NCBI GenBank assembly: GCA_963808235.1
Contig: CAWEEQ010000004.1
Coordinates: 2,296,243 to 2,360,242 of the forward strand
Direction of reading: 5' to 3'
Source of the DNA: an uncultured delta proteobacterium
Lineage (GTDB): Bacteria; Desulfobacterota; Binatia; Binatales; Binataceae
DNA length: 64,000 bases
In this document: positions 27,358-36,602 of the stretch, piece by piece
Layout: the number at the start of each line of letters is the position of its first letter
Position numbering within the stretch: position 1 is the first letter of the stretch
Notes under the pieces: model-generated
Databases searched by the model: none
Told to the model about the DNA's origin: nothing
What the model saw: the letters and a program-made list of their open reading frames with translations, nothing else
Translations under genes and position numbers: made by a program

Positions 27358-28205
27358 TTACACCGCGGTAAAGCCGGCGCGGCTGATGAGCACACGGTGG
27401 GCGCCGAGCCGCAAACTCATCGCCTCGACCAGCTCGCGCTCGGCACCGGGTTGGAACCATCGTTCGTAGCCATGCCTCGCGTACAGCTCGCGCATCCCGA
27501 GCGCGCAGATCGCGCACCCCCTGCGCCGTCGCCGTCGAAGTAGGTGTCAACTATCACGCGATCGGCTGAGTCGGCTGCGAGCTCGGCGAATCGCTCGGGA
27601 TTGTTGGGCATCATCGGCGCGATTGCGAGTTGCACGAAAATGCCGCGCGCGCGGAACATCCGCGCCGTGCGGAGCCGCCGCTCGATCGACGGCGAAGTCG
27701 GCGTGATCGCGCGGCGCACGCAGTCGTCGTCGGTCTCGAGCGTGATCGAGACGATCGCGCGGTCACCGAGCGCGCGAATTATTTCGACATCGCGCTCGAC
27801 AAGCGGGCTTCGGGTCTGGATCAGGAGCCGGCGGATCGGATGGCGCACGAATGCCTCGAGCGCGGCGCACGTCAGTCCGAGCCGCCGCTCGATTCCCTGG
27901 TACGGATCGGTCGCGCTGGACATGAAGATCGTCGTTTCGCCGAGTCGGTGCTTTTCTTCGAGCGCGACCAGTTCATGTTCGAGACGCTCGGCGAGATTTG
28001 ACTTGGCGATCACCCAACTTCCCCAGTCTCCCGATTCGGTCCGCGCGACGGGCAGCGTGCGGACGTAGCAGTACGGGCATCCGCCGGCGTCGCCGAAAGC
28101 GCATCCGACGTAGGGGTTGAGTGAGAACGCGAAGCCCTTAAGGAAACCGCCGGTCGGCGTGAGCGCGCGCGTGGCCGGCTTCAGCCTATAGCGTTTGGTC
28201 GACAA
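27358..28205 (-). CDS. Radical SAM protein, SPL/SplB-like family (DNA-repair-photolyase-like), frameshifted at a C5 homopolymer
   Basis: LNPYVGCAFGDAGGCPYCYV Cys motif. The frame is lost after DTYFDGDGAGG at the CCCCC run 27527-27531. The C-terminus ...CAICALGMRELYARHGYERWF...AV* continues in another frame to the stop at 27358. Confidence 0.6.
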
Positions 28206-29579
28206 CTACTTCGCGGCGGGCGAGAAGAAAGCCAGCACCGCGGTCGAGATTTGACGCTGCTCACTGCCGTCGATAGGCACCACCCAGGCCATCGGGGGCG
28301 GCGCGGTTCCGATCGCCTGGTCGGGAGAGCCCAGCAATCGCACCCCGGCATAAATGAACGACGACGAATCGGGAGACCAGATTGTGTGGGAGACCGCGAG
28401 CTGATCGAAGAAACGATACGCGGTCGATTCCTCAGTCGTGGTGAGAAAATTCCCGAGCTCTTTTCCCTTGCCGCTCTGAACGTCGACCACCGCCCACGTG
28501 TAATACGGCTTTTCTTCGGGCACCTGGATATAGGCGAGGTGGCGCGAGTCGGGCGCGAAGAAAAATGCGGCGACCTCGTTCTTGGTCAGCCACTTCGAAT
28601 TCGCGTTCGCGATATCGACCAGTTTGATCCCGTGATAGACCGGATTTTGCGGCGTCAGCGCGGTCGAGTATGCCAGATGCGCCGAGTCGGGCGCCCAAAT
28701 GAAGCTGTTCTCTCCAACTGGCAGGCTCACGATCGAGCGCGGATTTTTCGCGTCCGCGTCGGCAACCACAATGTTAGATTCGGCGTGGTAATTTGCGATG
28801 TAGGCGAGATGCTTTCCGTCTGGCGACCAGCATGGAGTCTTGAACGGCGTGCGCCCGCTCGAGAGCACTTTCTCGACGTTCTGGCTGGTCGGCGTCAGGC
28901 TCATCAGCGAAACCTGCTCGGTGCGATCGGAATTCAGTGCCAGCGTATGCACCGCCAGCTCGCCCGCATTCGCGCCCCAATCGAAATAGAGCGGCATCCC
29001 GGTGGTGACGATTCTGACCGGCGACGATTCCTTGATCTCCGCGAGCATCAGGCTCAGTCCGCGCGGCTCGTCGATGAGGAACGACAGATGCTGCCCGTCG
29101 GAGAGCCAGCTCATGTAAATGATACGCTCGGTGCGGCTTTCGAAGATCTCAGTCGGCTGCTGGCGCGCCAGATCGTAAACCCAGAGCGCGAACGAGTTGT
29201 CGGAATCCTTGCGCCCCTCGGACCAGTACGCGAGGCGTTTGCCGTCGGGCGAGAAGGTCGGGAATCCATACTGAGTGCCGCTGCCGGGGCGATCTTCGGA
29301 GCCGTCGTCGGCGACTCGAACGATTAGATCGTCGCGCCCGTCGTCGCGCCGCACGCGGGTCGCCGGAGCCCTGCAGGTGACACATTTGGGCTCCGCACAT
29401 TTCGCGTCGCAGTAGTAGATATTGCCGTCCGTGCCGACGAACGTGATCGCGCCGCCCGGGACAGGAGCACCGTGTGCAATCGTCGCGACCAACAGCAGCA
29501 GGCATCCGGCCGCAGCCGAGATTCGGAGCCAGGCGCGAATAGACAAGACACGTATGGAAAAAATCGCTGATATCGTCAT
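28206..29579 (-). CDS. TolB-like WD40/PD40 beta-propeller periplasmic protein
   Basis: Signal peptide, then repeated PD40-like blades (WSPDG..LAY, FAPDS.HLAY, WSPDSS). Confidence 0.7.
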   Translation of the reverse strand: MTISAIFSIRVLSIRAWLRISAAAGCLLLLVATIAHGAPVPGGAITFVGTDGNIYYCDAKCAEPKCVTCRAPATRVRRDDGRDDLIVRVADDGSEDRPGSGTQYGFPTFSPDGKRLAYWSEGRKDSDNSFALWVYDLARQQPTEIFESRTERIIYMSWLSDGQHLSFLIDEPRGLSLMLAEIKESSPVRIVTTGMPLYFDWGANAGELAVHTLALNSDRTEQVSLMSLTPTSQNVEKVLSSGRTPFKTPCWSPDGKHLAYIANYHAESNIVVADADAKNPRSIVSLPVGENSFIWAPDSAHLAYSTALTPQNPVYHGIKLVDIANANSKWLTKNEVAAFFFAPDSRHLAYIQVPEEKPYYTWAVVDVQSGKGKELGNFLTTTEESTAYRFFDQLAVSHTIWSPDSSSFIYAGVRLLGSPDQAIGTAPPPMAWVVPIDGSEQRQISTAVLAFFSPAAK

Positions 29580-29704
29580 CGAACTTTAGAATCGAGCTTT
29601 AGAATTGCGCCTGCACGGGGGGCAAGGCAAGAACAGTTCGGTCGAAGCAAGAACGATCTCTGCCGTGTGTTGACTTGACCCTCCGATCAGGCAAAGTTGG
29701 ACGG

Positions 29705-30157
29705 ATGCGGCGAGCTGCAATAATTTTAAGCGCTGCGCTTTTGCTTGGCCTCCCCTCCATTACGAACGCGCAGTACAACGACAGCGATCGGCAGAATCCC
29801 AAGGAATATCACGACGAGGATTCGCAGCCTCTCGCGATAGTCAGCTACCTGTTTTACCCGATTGGGTACGCGTTCGAATGGCTGGTGGGACGTCCGCTCC
29901 ACTACGTCGCCACCGAAAGTCCGGTGGCGCCTATATTCCGACCGGTCGGCGGCAATGACGAATCTCCTCCGCCGCCGGTTCCGGTGATCCCCGATAACTC
30001 GCTCAATTCCGCCGCAGCGGAAGCGCCGCCGCCTCAGGATTGGACGCCCACGCATCAGCACACGACTCCGCCGGCTGCAGGGGGCGTCGCGCAGCCCGCG
30101 TCACCGTCGCAATCGTCGGGGATGCCGCCCACGAGTGTTCAGCCGACGATGCACTGA
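29705..30157 (+). CDS. Hypothetical secreted Pro-rich protein
   Basis: Signal peptide MRRAAIILSAALLLGLPSITNAQ followed by a Pro/Ser-rich low-complexity tail. Confidence 0.4.
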   Translation: MRRAAIILSAALLLGLPSITNAQYNDSDRQNPKEYHDEDSQPLAIVSYLFYPIGYAFEWLVGRPLHYVATESPVAPIFRPVGGNDESPPPPVPVIPDNSLNSAAAEAPPPQDWTPTHQHTTPPAAGGVAQPASPSQSSGMPPTSVQPTMH

Positions 30158-30338
30158 GACTGCGCGTTTCACGCGAAATGTAACCGTCTGGGCGATCCAC
30201 CAGAACATCGCGGCGCTATGTTGCCCTTGTAATGTTGCGTATCTTTAGGCAATAGAATTTTTGCTAATCGGCTACGTCCAATCTGATAGGGTGAGCTAAT
30301 GTGTCCTCATCCACTTGTGGGAGGTCCTGACACCTGAA

Positions 30339-30950
30339 ATGGCTGTTGCAGCGAAAGAAAAAGCTCCGACCGATCCGGCCGAACTGAAGAAGTGGCGTGA
30401 GGACGAGCAAGCCAAGGAACGCGCGAAACGCGACAAGGAAAAGACCGAACTCGGCACGCTGTGGAGCCGTCGCGATTTCCTGGGCGTGCTCGGATGGAGC
30501 GGCTTCGGCGCATTCTCGCTGATCGGATTGCTCGCGGCCGTGCGGTCCGCATTTCCGCGCGTGCTGTTTCTGCCCCCGTCGAAGTTCAAGGCCGGCTTGC
30601 CTGACGATTACGTAGTCGGCGAAGTCAGCGAGAAGTACAAGCAGGATTTCCGCACCTGGATTATCCGCACCAAGGCCGGCTTCTACGCGATCTTCGCCAA
30701 GTGCACTCACCTCGGATGCACTCCGCGATGGCTCAAGACCGAACAGAAGTTCAAGTGCCCGTGCCACGGCTCCGGCTACTACATCAGCGGGCTGAACTTC
30801 GAGGGCCCCGCGCCGCGCCCGATGGATCGATTTAAGATCTACGTCGGCGACGACGGCCAGCTCGTGGTCGATAAAGCGGTCATCTACACGATGGAACCAG
30901 GAGTCGATCCCAACGAGCAGCATCCAGAGAGCATCCTGAAAATCGTCTGA
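30339..30950 (+). CDS. Tat-exported Rieske [2Fe-2S] protein (bc1/b6f-type Rieske subunit-like), orphan
   Basis: Twin-arginine motif SRRDFLGVLG. Rieske boxes CTHLGC and CPCHGS. The start could alternatively be at 30315. Confidence 0.8.
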   Translation: MAVAAKEKAPTDPAELKKWREDEQAKERAKRDKEKTELGTLWSRRDFLGVLGWSGFGAFSLIGLLAAVRSAFPRVLFLPPSKFKAGLPDDYVVGEVSEKYKQDFRTWIIRTKAGFYAIFAKCTHLGCTPRWLKTEQKFKCPCHGSGYYISGLNFEGPAPRPMDRFKIYVGDDGQLVVDKAVIYTMEPGVDPNEQHPESILKIV

Positions 30951-30954
30951 GGGA

Positions 30955-32478
30955 CTACGCGAGCGCGAGACGCTCGAGCTGATCTTTGGGCGCTTCCATC
31001 TCGAGTAGGGCGGCGCGGAGTTTTTCGGCCGCTCGTTTTTCTTCCGTGGTACCAGCTAAGTTCGCTTCTTCGGCGGGATCGTCGCGCACGCGATACAGAT
31101 TGTTGCCGCTGAACTTGCCCATCGCCCAGTACGGAAGCAAATCGCCAGCTCTGAACGGCTGGCGGATTACCGGAATCCGCGAGCCCGGCATCCGGTCGAG
31201 CACCGCGCGCTCATCGGGCGGTGGTAGCAGGAGCTCGGGACGCTGCGGGATCGGCATCGTGGACCATCGATTCGACCACAGACTTAAGGGGGCGTTGTCG
31301 CCCGCCGGAGCGCGCGCGTACTTCATTTCTGCGTCGATTAGGTGCACCTCGCGGCCCCATATTCCGGCGATCGCCCAGTCGCGAATCGAGTTCGCCTCGC
31401 GAGTCATCAGCGGGAGCATCGAGCGCCCGTGCGTGCGATGCGCCAGCTCCACGCCGAAGATGTCGGCGAGCGTTGCGCAGATATCCACGTTGGTCGTGAG
31501 CGCGTCGACGCTGCCCGCGCCGATTCCCGGCGATGCGATCAGCAACGGCGTATGCCCGAGCGGCTCGTAGATAGGCACCGCGGGCTTGCCCCAGATATCT
31601 TTTTCGCCGAGGTAATGACCGTGATCGGTGCATACGATCACGGCGGTATCGTCATAAAATCCGCCTCGCTCGATTGCCGCCAGCAGCTTGCCGAGCCACA
31701 TGTCGATCATCGTGAGCTTCGCTCCGTACGACGCGCGAATCTGCGTCGCATCTCTTTTCGTGATCACGCCGCGTTCAATCGCGCCGCGTAAATACGGCGG
31801 CCAGATCAGATGCGCGCCTTGCCACGACGAATCGTACATCGAAGCGTACGGCTCCGGCGTGTCGAACGGCTCATGCGGATCGAATTCGTCGATGAACAGC
31901 ATGAACCGATCGTGGCTGCGCGCCGAGCGCTCGAGCCATTCGGTCGCGGCAACCATCGTGCGCGGCCCCGGAAAATCCGCCTCGTCGCGAAAATAGCCGC
32001 GCGAATTGTCATACGGAGTCTGACCGCGCCCGAAAGACGGCGCTCCAATCCAGCTTGGGTCCGGACGCGTCTGCCAGGGGTCGCTCTCGTGCCCGCGCTG
32101 GTAGTCCCAGGCGGTGAAGTCGGTGTGATAGTTCTCGCCGCCGACTTCAAACAAATGCGGATGGTCCGAGACGAGCTTGGTGACGACGCCGGCCGCGCGA
32201 AGGTACGCGGTCAGCGGCCGTTCCCAGATCTCGATCGAGCCCCACGGCTTCCACAGGAAATCGATCGCACCGCATAGGATGTCGTGACGGGCTGGGATGC
32301 ATGGCAGCGAACCGGCGTAATGACGATCGAAGCGAACGGCCCGGCGCGCGAACGCGTCAAGGTTGGGTGTTGAGAACTCGCGCCCGCCGTATGCACCGAG
32401 CATGTGGCGATTGAGGCTGTCGAGCAGGATTACGATGGCGTTTTGCGGCCGCAGCGCAGTGGCGTGATTCGGGGTCAT
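30955..32478 (-). CDS. Sulfatase (Cys-type, formylglycine-dependent)
   Basis: Sulfatase N-terminus ILLDSLNRHMLGAYGG and the modification motif C-I-P-A-R (CxPxR) in GSLPCIPARHD. Confidence 0.85.
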   Translation of the reverse strand: MTPNHATALRPQNAIVILLDSLNRHMLGAYGGREFSTPNLDAFARRAVRFDRHYAGSLPCIPARHDILCGAIDFLWKPWGSIEIWERPLTAYLRAAGVVTKLVSDHPHLFEVGGENYHTDFTAWDYQRGHESDPWQTRPDPSWIGAPSFGRGQTPYDNSRGYFRDEADFPGPRTMVAATEWLERSARSHDRFMLFIDEFDPHEPFDTPEPYASMYDSSWQGAHLIWPPYLRGAIERGVITKRDATQIRASYGAKLTMIDMWLGKLLAAIERGGFYDDTAVIVCTDHGHYLGEKDIWGKPAVPIYEPLGHTPLLIASPGIGAGSVDALTTNVDICATLADIFGVELAHRTHGRSMLPLMTREANSIRDWAIAGIWGREVHLIDAEMKYARAPAGDNAPLSLWSNRWSTMPIPQRPELLLPPPDERAVLDRMPGSRIPVIRQPFRAGDLLPYWAMGKFSGNNLYRVRDDPAEEANLAGTTEEKRAAEKLRAALLEMEAPKDQLERLALA

Positions 32479-32584
32479 CGTCTCTGAATCCCTGACTCAG
32501 ACTCAGTTTATATGCGAATTGGCAATTTGATAGTGTGCTTGACGCCGCAATGGATTCAACGCCGTGTAGTCAGGCAGGGGGACT

Positions 32585-32935
32585 ATGCTCGAAGAGCACA
32601 AATTCTTTACCGGGATGTTCGCATTCGGAGGTCGCGGGCTGGAAGAGCCGGTCAGCTTGGAGCCCAAGGCGGTCTATACAGTGCCACCGAACAAACGCGC
32701 GCAATTCATCTACGGACGGATCGGCAACCCGACGACCGAGTTTCTCTATGTGGCGCTCCAGCGCGACGGCAAATCGGTTCGTTTGTTCCCGTGCGGTCCG
32801 AAGAGCGGGATTACCGTACCGCTCGCGATCATCGATGACTGCCTGCCCGGCAGCATGGTCGAACTGAAGATCGCGGCGCCCGAGGGGCTCGCGGCGAAGG
32901 TGATGATAGACGTCGGCTTCGTGGAGTTCGAATGA
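32585..32935 (+). CDS. Hypothetical 116-aa protein, translationally coupled to the downstream oxidoreductase fusion
   Basis: No recognised motif. Its stop overlaps the ATG of the next gene (ATGA overlap at 32932-32935). Confidence 0.45.
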   Translation: MLEEHKFFTGMFAFGGRGLEEPVSLEPKAVYTVPPNKRAQFIYGRIGNPTTEFLYVALQRDGKSVRLFPCGPKSGITVPLAIIDDCLPGSMVELKIAAPEGLAAKVMIDVGFVEFE

Positions 32936-35031
32936 AGAACAAGCGCAATCTGGTCGTGATTGGCAACGGCATGGCGGGAGCGCGGACCGTGGAAGAGATT
33001 CTCGCCCGCGGCGGCGCCGAGATGTTCAACATCGCGATGTTCGGGGGCGAGCCGTTCGGAAACTACAACCGGATCATGTTGTCCGGGGTGCTTGACGGGT
33101 CTCACAAGGCGGCCGAAATCGTTCTCAATCCGCTCGCATGGTATGAGCAGAACCATATCCGACTGCATGCGGGTGTTCGCGCCGCGCGGATCTTGCGCTT
33201 CGCCCGCCGCGTGCTCGGAGCCGACGGATCCGAAGAGTCATATGACAAGCTTATCATCGCGACCGGCAGCCGCTCCTTCATTCCGCCGATTCCCGGGTTG
33301 ACGCAAAGCGACGGCGGCATGAAACCGGGCGTCTTCGGGTTTCGCTCGCTTGAAGATTGCCGACGGATGGCAGACTATGCGCACGGCAAAAAGCGCGCGG
33401 CGGTAATCGGCGGCGGTCTGCTCGGGCTTGAATGCGCGCACGGGCTGCAAAGCCTCGGCCTCGAAGTCCACGTCATGCATCGCTCGACCCACTTGATGAA
33501 TCAACAGCTCGACCCTGCGGCCGGCGCGATCCTGCGGTCGCTGGTCGAAGAAAAGGGCATCCGCGTGCATCTGGGGGCGGACACGGCCGCGGTCCTCGGG
33601 GACGAGCGCGTCAGCGGACTCGAATTCAAGAACGGCGAGACGCAAGAGTGCGAGCTGGTGGTCTTCGCCACCGGAATTCGGCCCAATGCCGAAATCGGGA
33701 CCCAATGCGGCCTCACTGTCCAGCTTGCGATCGTGGTCAACAACCAGATGCGCAGCGATGACGATCCGCACATCTACGCGGTCGGCGAGTGCGTGCAGCA
33801 TCGCGGGCAGACCTACGGCCTGGTGGCGCCGATATGGGAACAGGCCAAGGTGCTCGCCGATCATATAACCGGAACCAATTCCAACGCGTCGTATTTCGGC
33901 TCCAAGATCGCGACCCGGCTCAAGGTCGCGGGCGTCGAGTTGGCCTCGATGGGACTGACGGAGCCCGTCGAGGCGCGCGACGAGGTAGTGCAGTTTGCCG
34001 AACCGAAGCATGGGACCTACAAGAAGCTGATCATCCGCGACGGTCGCCTGATAGGCGGTATATTGCTCGGCGACAGTGGCAAGGCTGCCTACCTGCTGCA
34101 TGCATTCGAGAGCGACGCGCAGCTGCCCGATGAACGAATCCATTTGCTGTTCGATATTGGCGCCGCGCCCAAACGAGTGACGCTCGATCAGATCCCGCTT
34201 GATGCGCAGATCTGCAATTGCGAGAAGATCAACAAGGGCGCGATCGTCGAATGCGTGAAGAGCGGTCTGCGCACGGTGGAAGAGGTAAAAGCGGCGACGC
34301 GCGCCGGTCTTGCATGCGGGTCGTGCGCGGCGATGGTCGGCGAGATCGTCGAGTGGGCGTGCGGCGGTCAAAATTCCGCGCCCGCTCAGGAAGAAGCGGA
34401 ATTGCCGGGTTCGGATGGAGAGCATGAGCTACAGGACAAGTACGGCACGAGCTTCCAGGCACTCGCGTTCTACAACCATCGCGTGCTGGACCACCTGAAT
34501 TCCGCGATGCAGGAATTCATCGTTCAGCAGGAAATGATGTTCGTCGGAACTGCGGACAGGAACGGGAACGCGGACGCCTCGTTCCGGGCGGGGCACGCGA
34601 ACTTTGTTAAAGTGCTCGACCAACGAACCATCGCCTACCCGGAGTTTCGCGGCAACGGGGTGATGTCGAGCATGGGAAACATTTCGGAAAATCCGCACGT
34701 CGGGCTGATGTTCATCGATTTCGGGAAGGACCGGATCGGTCTGCACGTGAACGGAAGCGCACGCATCGTCGAGCACGACGAGTTCGTGCGATTGCTGGAG
34801 GCTCGTTCGGCCGCGAACGTTGTGCTCGGGGACTCGATGCTTACTGACCTGATCGCCAAGGATGCCGGCAACCTCGAGCGCTGGGTGATCGTTTCAGTCG
34901 ACGAGGCATTCATGCACTGTTCCAAGCATATCCCGCTGATGAAGAAGGCCGACCTTGAAGTGAGTTGGGGAACCGACGACGTGAAGGCCAAAGGCGGAGA
35001 TTACTTCGGCGCTGACCGAGTCGGGAAGTGA
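32932..35031 (+). CDS. NirB-like FAD/NAD(P)-dependent oxidoreductase + BFD-like [2Fe-2S] domain + C-terminal PNPOx-like FMN/F420-binding split-barrel domain (fusion protein)
   Basis: N-terminus LVVIGNGMAGARTVEEI plus a second Rossmann motif AAVIGGGLLGLECA. BFD-like CNCEKINKGAIVECVK...AGLACGSCAAM. C-terminal FVGTADRNGNADASFRAG...ENPHVGLMFIDF is PNPOx-like. Confidence 0.7.
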   Translation: MKNKRNLVVIGNGMAGARTVEEILARGGAEMFNIAMFGGEPFGNYNRIMLSGVLDGSHKAAEIVLNPLAWYEQNHIRLHAGVRAARILRFARRVLGADGSEESYDKLIIATGSRSFIPPIPGLTQSDGGMKPGVFGFRSLEDCRRMADYAHGKKRAAVIGGGLLGLECAHGLQSLGLEVHVMHRSTHLMNQQLDPAAGAILRSLVEEKGIRVHLGADTAAVLGDERVSGLEFKNGETQECELVVFATGIRPNAEIGTQCGLTVQLAIVVNNQMRSDDDPHIYAVGECVQHRGQTYGLVAPIWEQAKVLADHITGTNSNASYFGSKIATRLKVAGVELASMGLTEPVEARDEVVQFAEPKHGTYKKLIIRDGRLIGGILLGDSGKAAYLLHAFESDAQLPDERIHLLFDIGAAPKRVTLDQIPLDAQICNCEKINKGAIVECVKSGLRTVEEVKAATRAGLACGSCAAMVGEIVEWACGGQNSAPAQEEAELPGSDGEHELQDKYGTSFQALAFYNHRVLDHLNSAMQEFIVQQEMMFVGTADRNGNADASFRAGHANFVKVLDQRTIAYPEFRGNGVMSSMGNISENPHVGLMFIDFGKDRIGLHVNGSARIVEHDEFVRLLEARSAANVVLGDSMLTDLIAKDAGNLERWVIVSVDEAFMHCSKHIPLMKKADLEVSWGTDDVKAKGGDYFGADRVGK

Positions 35032-35035
35032 GGCA

Positions 35036-36106
35036 TCAGAAGTTGCGCCGATAGGTCACGTAGTTCGCGCAGACTTTGGCGCCCAGCTTTTCCGCCGTGC
35101 GCCGCGACGGCCAGTTGTCGTCGAGGACCAGCGTGTAGCTCAGGTACTTCGAACCGCTTTTGATCAAGTGCAAGTACGAATACGCCGCCATCGCGAGGTT
35201 CACGCCGCGGTGGCGGGCTGACTCGAGCACGCCGATGCCGAGGAAGTTCAACTTCTCGTGATCGCCGAGCTTGCGTCCCACTTTCACAATCGCAGCGTCC
35301 GGATTCGCCGGCGTAACCATCAGCGCGCCAACTGGTTGGCCGTCGCGATAGGCGAGCACCGAGGTCTCGAGCGCGCCTGACATCGCGAAGAAATCGAACA
35401 AGTACGCCAACTCGGCGGTCGTGAACGGTGTCGTGCCCCAATGGCGTGCGAACGCCTGGTTCCAGGTAGTTTCGAAATCGCGGAGCCGCGAACCGGCTGG
35501 CAGGTCTTTCATCGCAACGATTTCAAACCCCGCGGCGCGGCATCCTTCGAGTGCGCTTTCATAGCGCGCGACCAGTTCGGGCGTGACCTTAATCTTGTAG
35601 TCGACCCATCCCTGCTCGGTTTCGAAGCCGGCATCTTTGAGTAGCGCGTGATAGTAACCGGGATTCTGCCGCGCGATGTCGGGGGGCAGGGATTCGTAGT
35701 CGTCGATCACGAACGGGAATTCGAGCAGTCCGAATCCGGCGCGAGCCGCGATTGCGCCCTGCCCTTTAAGCCACTCCGACGCTTCGTCGATCATCGCTCT
35801 AACACTCGCGCTCGTGCCCGGCATCGCCTCGAACATCACGATATGTCCGAGCGCTTCATTCCAATGAAGCTGGTAACGGCGATCTATTACCGCGACCGCG
35901 CGCGCCGCTATCCGGCCGTCTACGCGCGCCACGAACGGGCGAATGATACGGCCCTCTGCAAACGGCCCTTCACCCATCAGGAGCGGCAGTTGCACCGCAA
36001 CCATCGCGGGCCATCGCGCGCTGCGGTACTCATAAACCCGATCCTGAAATAAAATGAACTCGGTCAGCGCTTCTTCGCCTGACGGACTCTCGATGTTGAA
36101 TGCCAA
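35036..36106 (-). CDS. GNAT-family N-acetyltransferase (tandem GNAT-like)
   Basis: Acetyl-CoA binding-like segment GIGVLESARHRGVNLAMAAYSYL. The 356-aa length is consistent with two GNAT folds. Confidence 0.6.
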   Translation of the reverse strand: MAFNIESPSGEEALTEFILFQDRVYEYRSARWPAMVAVQLPLLMGEGPFAEGRIIRPFVARVDGRIAARAVAVIDRRYQLHWNEALGHIVMFEAMPGTSASVRAMIDEASEWLKGQGAIAARAGFGLLEFPFVIDDYESLPPDIARQNPGYYHALLKDAGFETEQGWVDYKIKVTPELVARYESALEGCRAAGFEIVAMKDLPAGSRLRDFETTWNQAFARHWGTTPFTTAELAYLFDFFAMSGALETSVLAYRDGQPVGALMVTPANPDAAIVKVGRKLGDHEKLNFLGIGVLESARHRGVNLAMAAYSYLHLIKSGSKYLSYTLVLDDNWPSRRTAEKLGAKVCANYVTYRRNF

Positions 36107-36296
36107 GTGTGGATTCTCCAGCCGAAAATTAATCGTCGCGAGGGAGTTTCGCGCGGCTCGCCTTGTTTCAGATCTCGGCGTGCGCTAACCCGTATGCAAG
36201 GGCGAGCGTAGCGCCGCGCGTGTCAGAGGGTCAAACATTTGCACAATCGCCACGCGCTTCGAGCAATCGCCAACCGCCGGCCAAGGAGCGAATTGT

Positions 36297-36509
36297 ATGG
36301 TTGAGAAAACGATCGAGCTTACCGGTATCTCGGCCAACTCCGTCGAAGATGCGGTGCAGTTAGCGGTCTCCCGAGCCGGCGTAACGATCAAGGGCATCCA
36401 CACGGCGCACGTCGAGGATATCGCGGCGACGGTGGAGGCCAACAAAGTAGTGCGCTGGAAGGTCAGAATTAAGGCGACCTTCCAGGTCAAGGACGAGCTT
36501 CACGAGTGA
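36297..36509 (+). CDS. Dodecin-family flavin-binding protein
   Basis: 70-aa MVEKTIELTGISANSVEDAVQLAVSRAG...WKVRIKATFQVKDE matches the dodecin fold signature. RBS AAGGAG upstream. Confidence 0.8.
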   Translation: MVEKTIELTGISANSVEDAVQLAVSRAGVTIKGIHTAHVEDIAATVEANKVVRWKVRIKATFQVKDELHE

Positions 36510-36602
36510 ACGAGATCCGCGCGCTACTCGCGCGGCACGCAATCAAGGCGGCGGAGCGCAAGGACTTAAACGTCATGCGAAACCGCCACCGAAGAGCAGT
36601 AG

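Noticed and set aside
28251-29327. 358-aa plus-strand ORF opposite the TolB-like propeller
   Set aside because: Antisense artefact. The minus strand shows repeated PD40 blades and a signal peptide.
33238-34425. 395-aa minus-strand ORF inside the NirB-like fusion gene
   Set aside because: Antisense to strong Rossmann and BFD motifs. It has no features of its own.
36107-36296. FMN riboswitch upstream of dodecin
   Set aside because: The 190-nt leader lacks the conserved FMN-element stems by eye. Only a plain RBS was seen.
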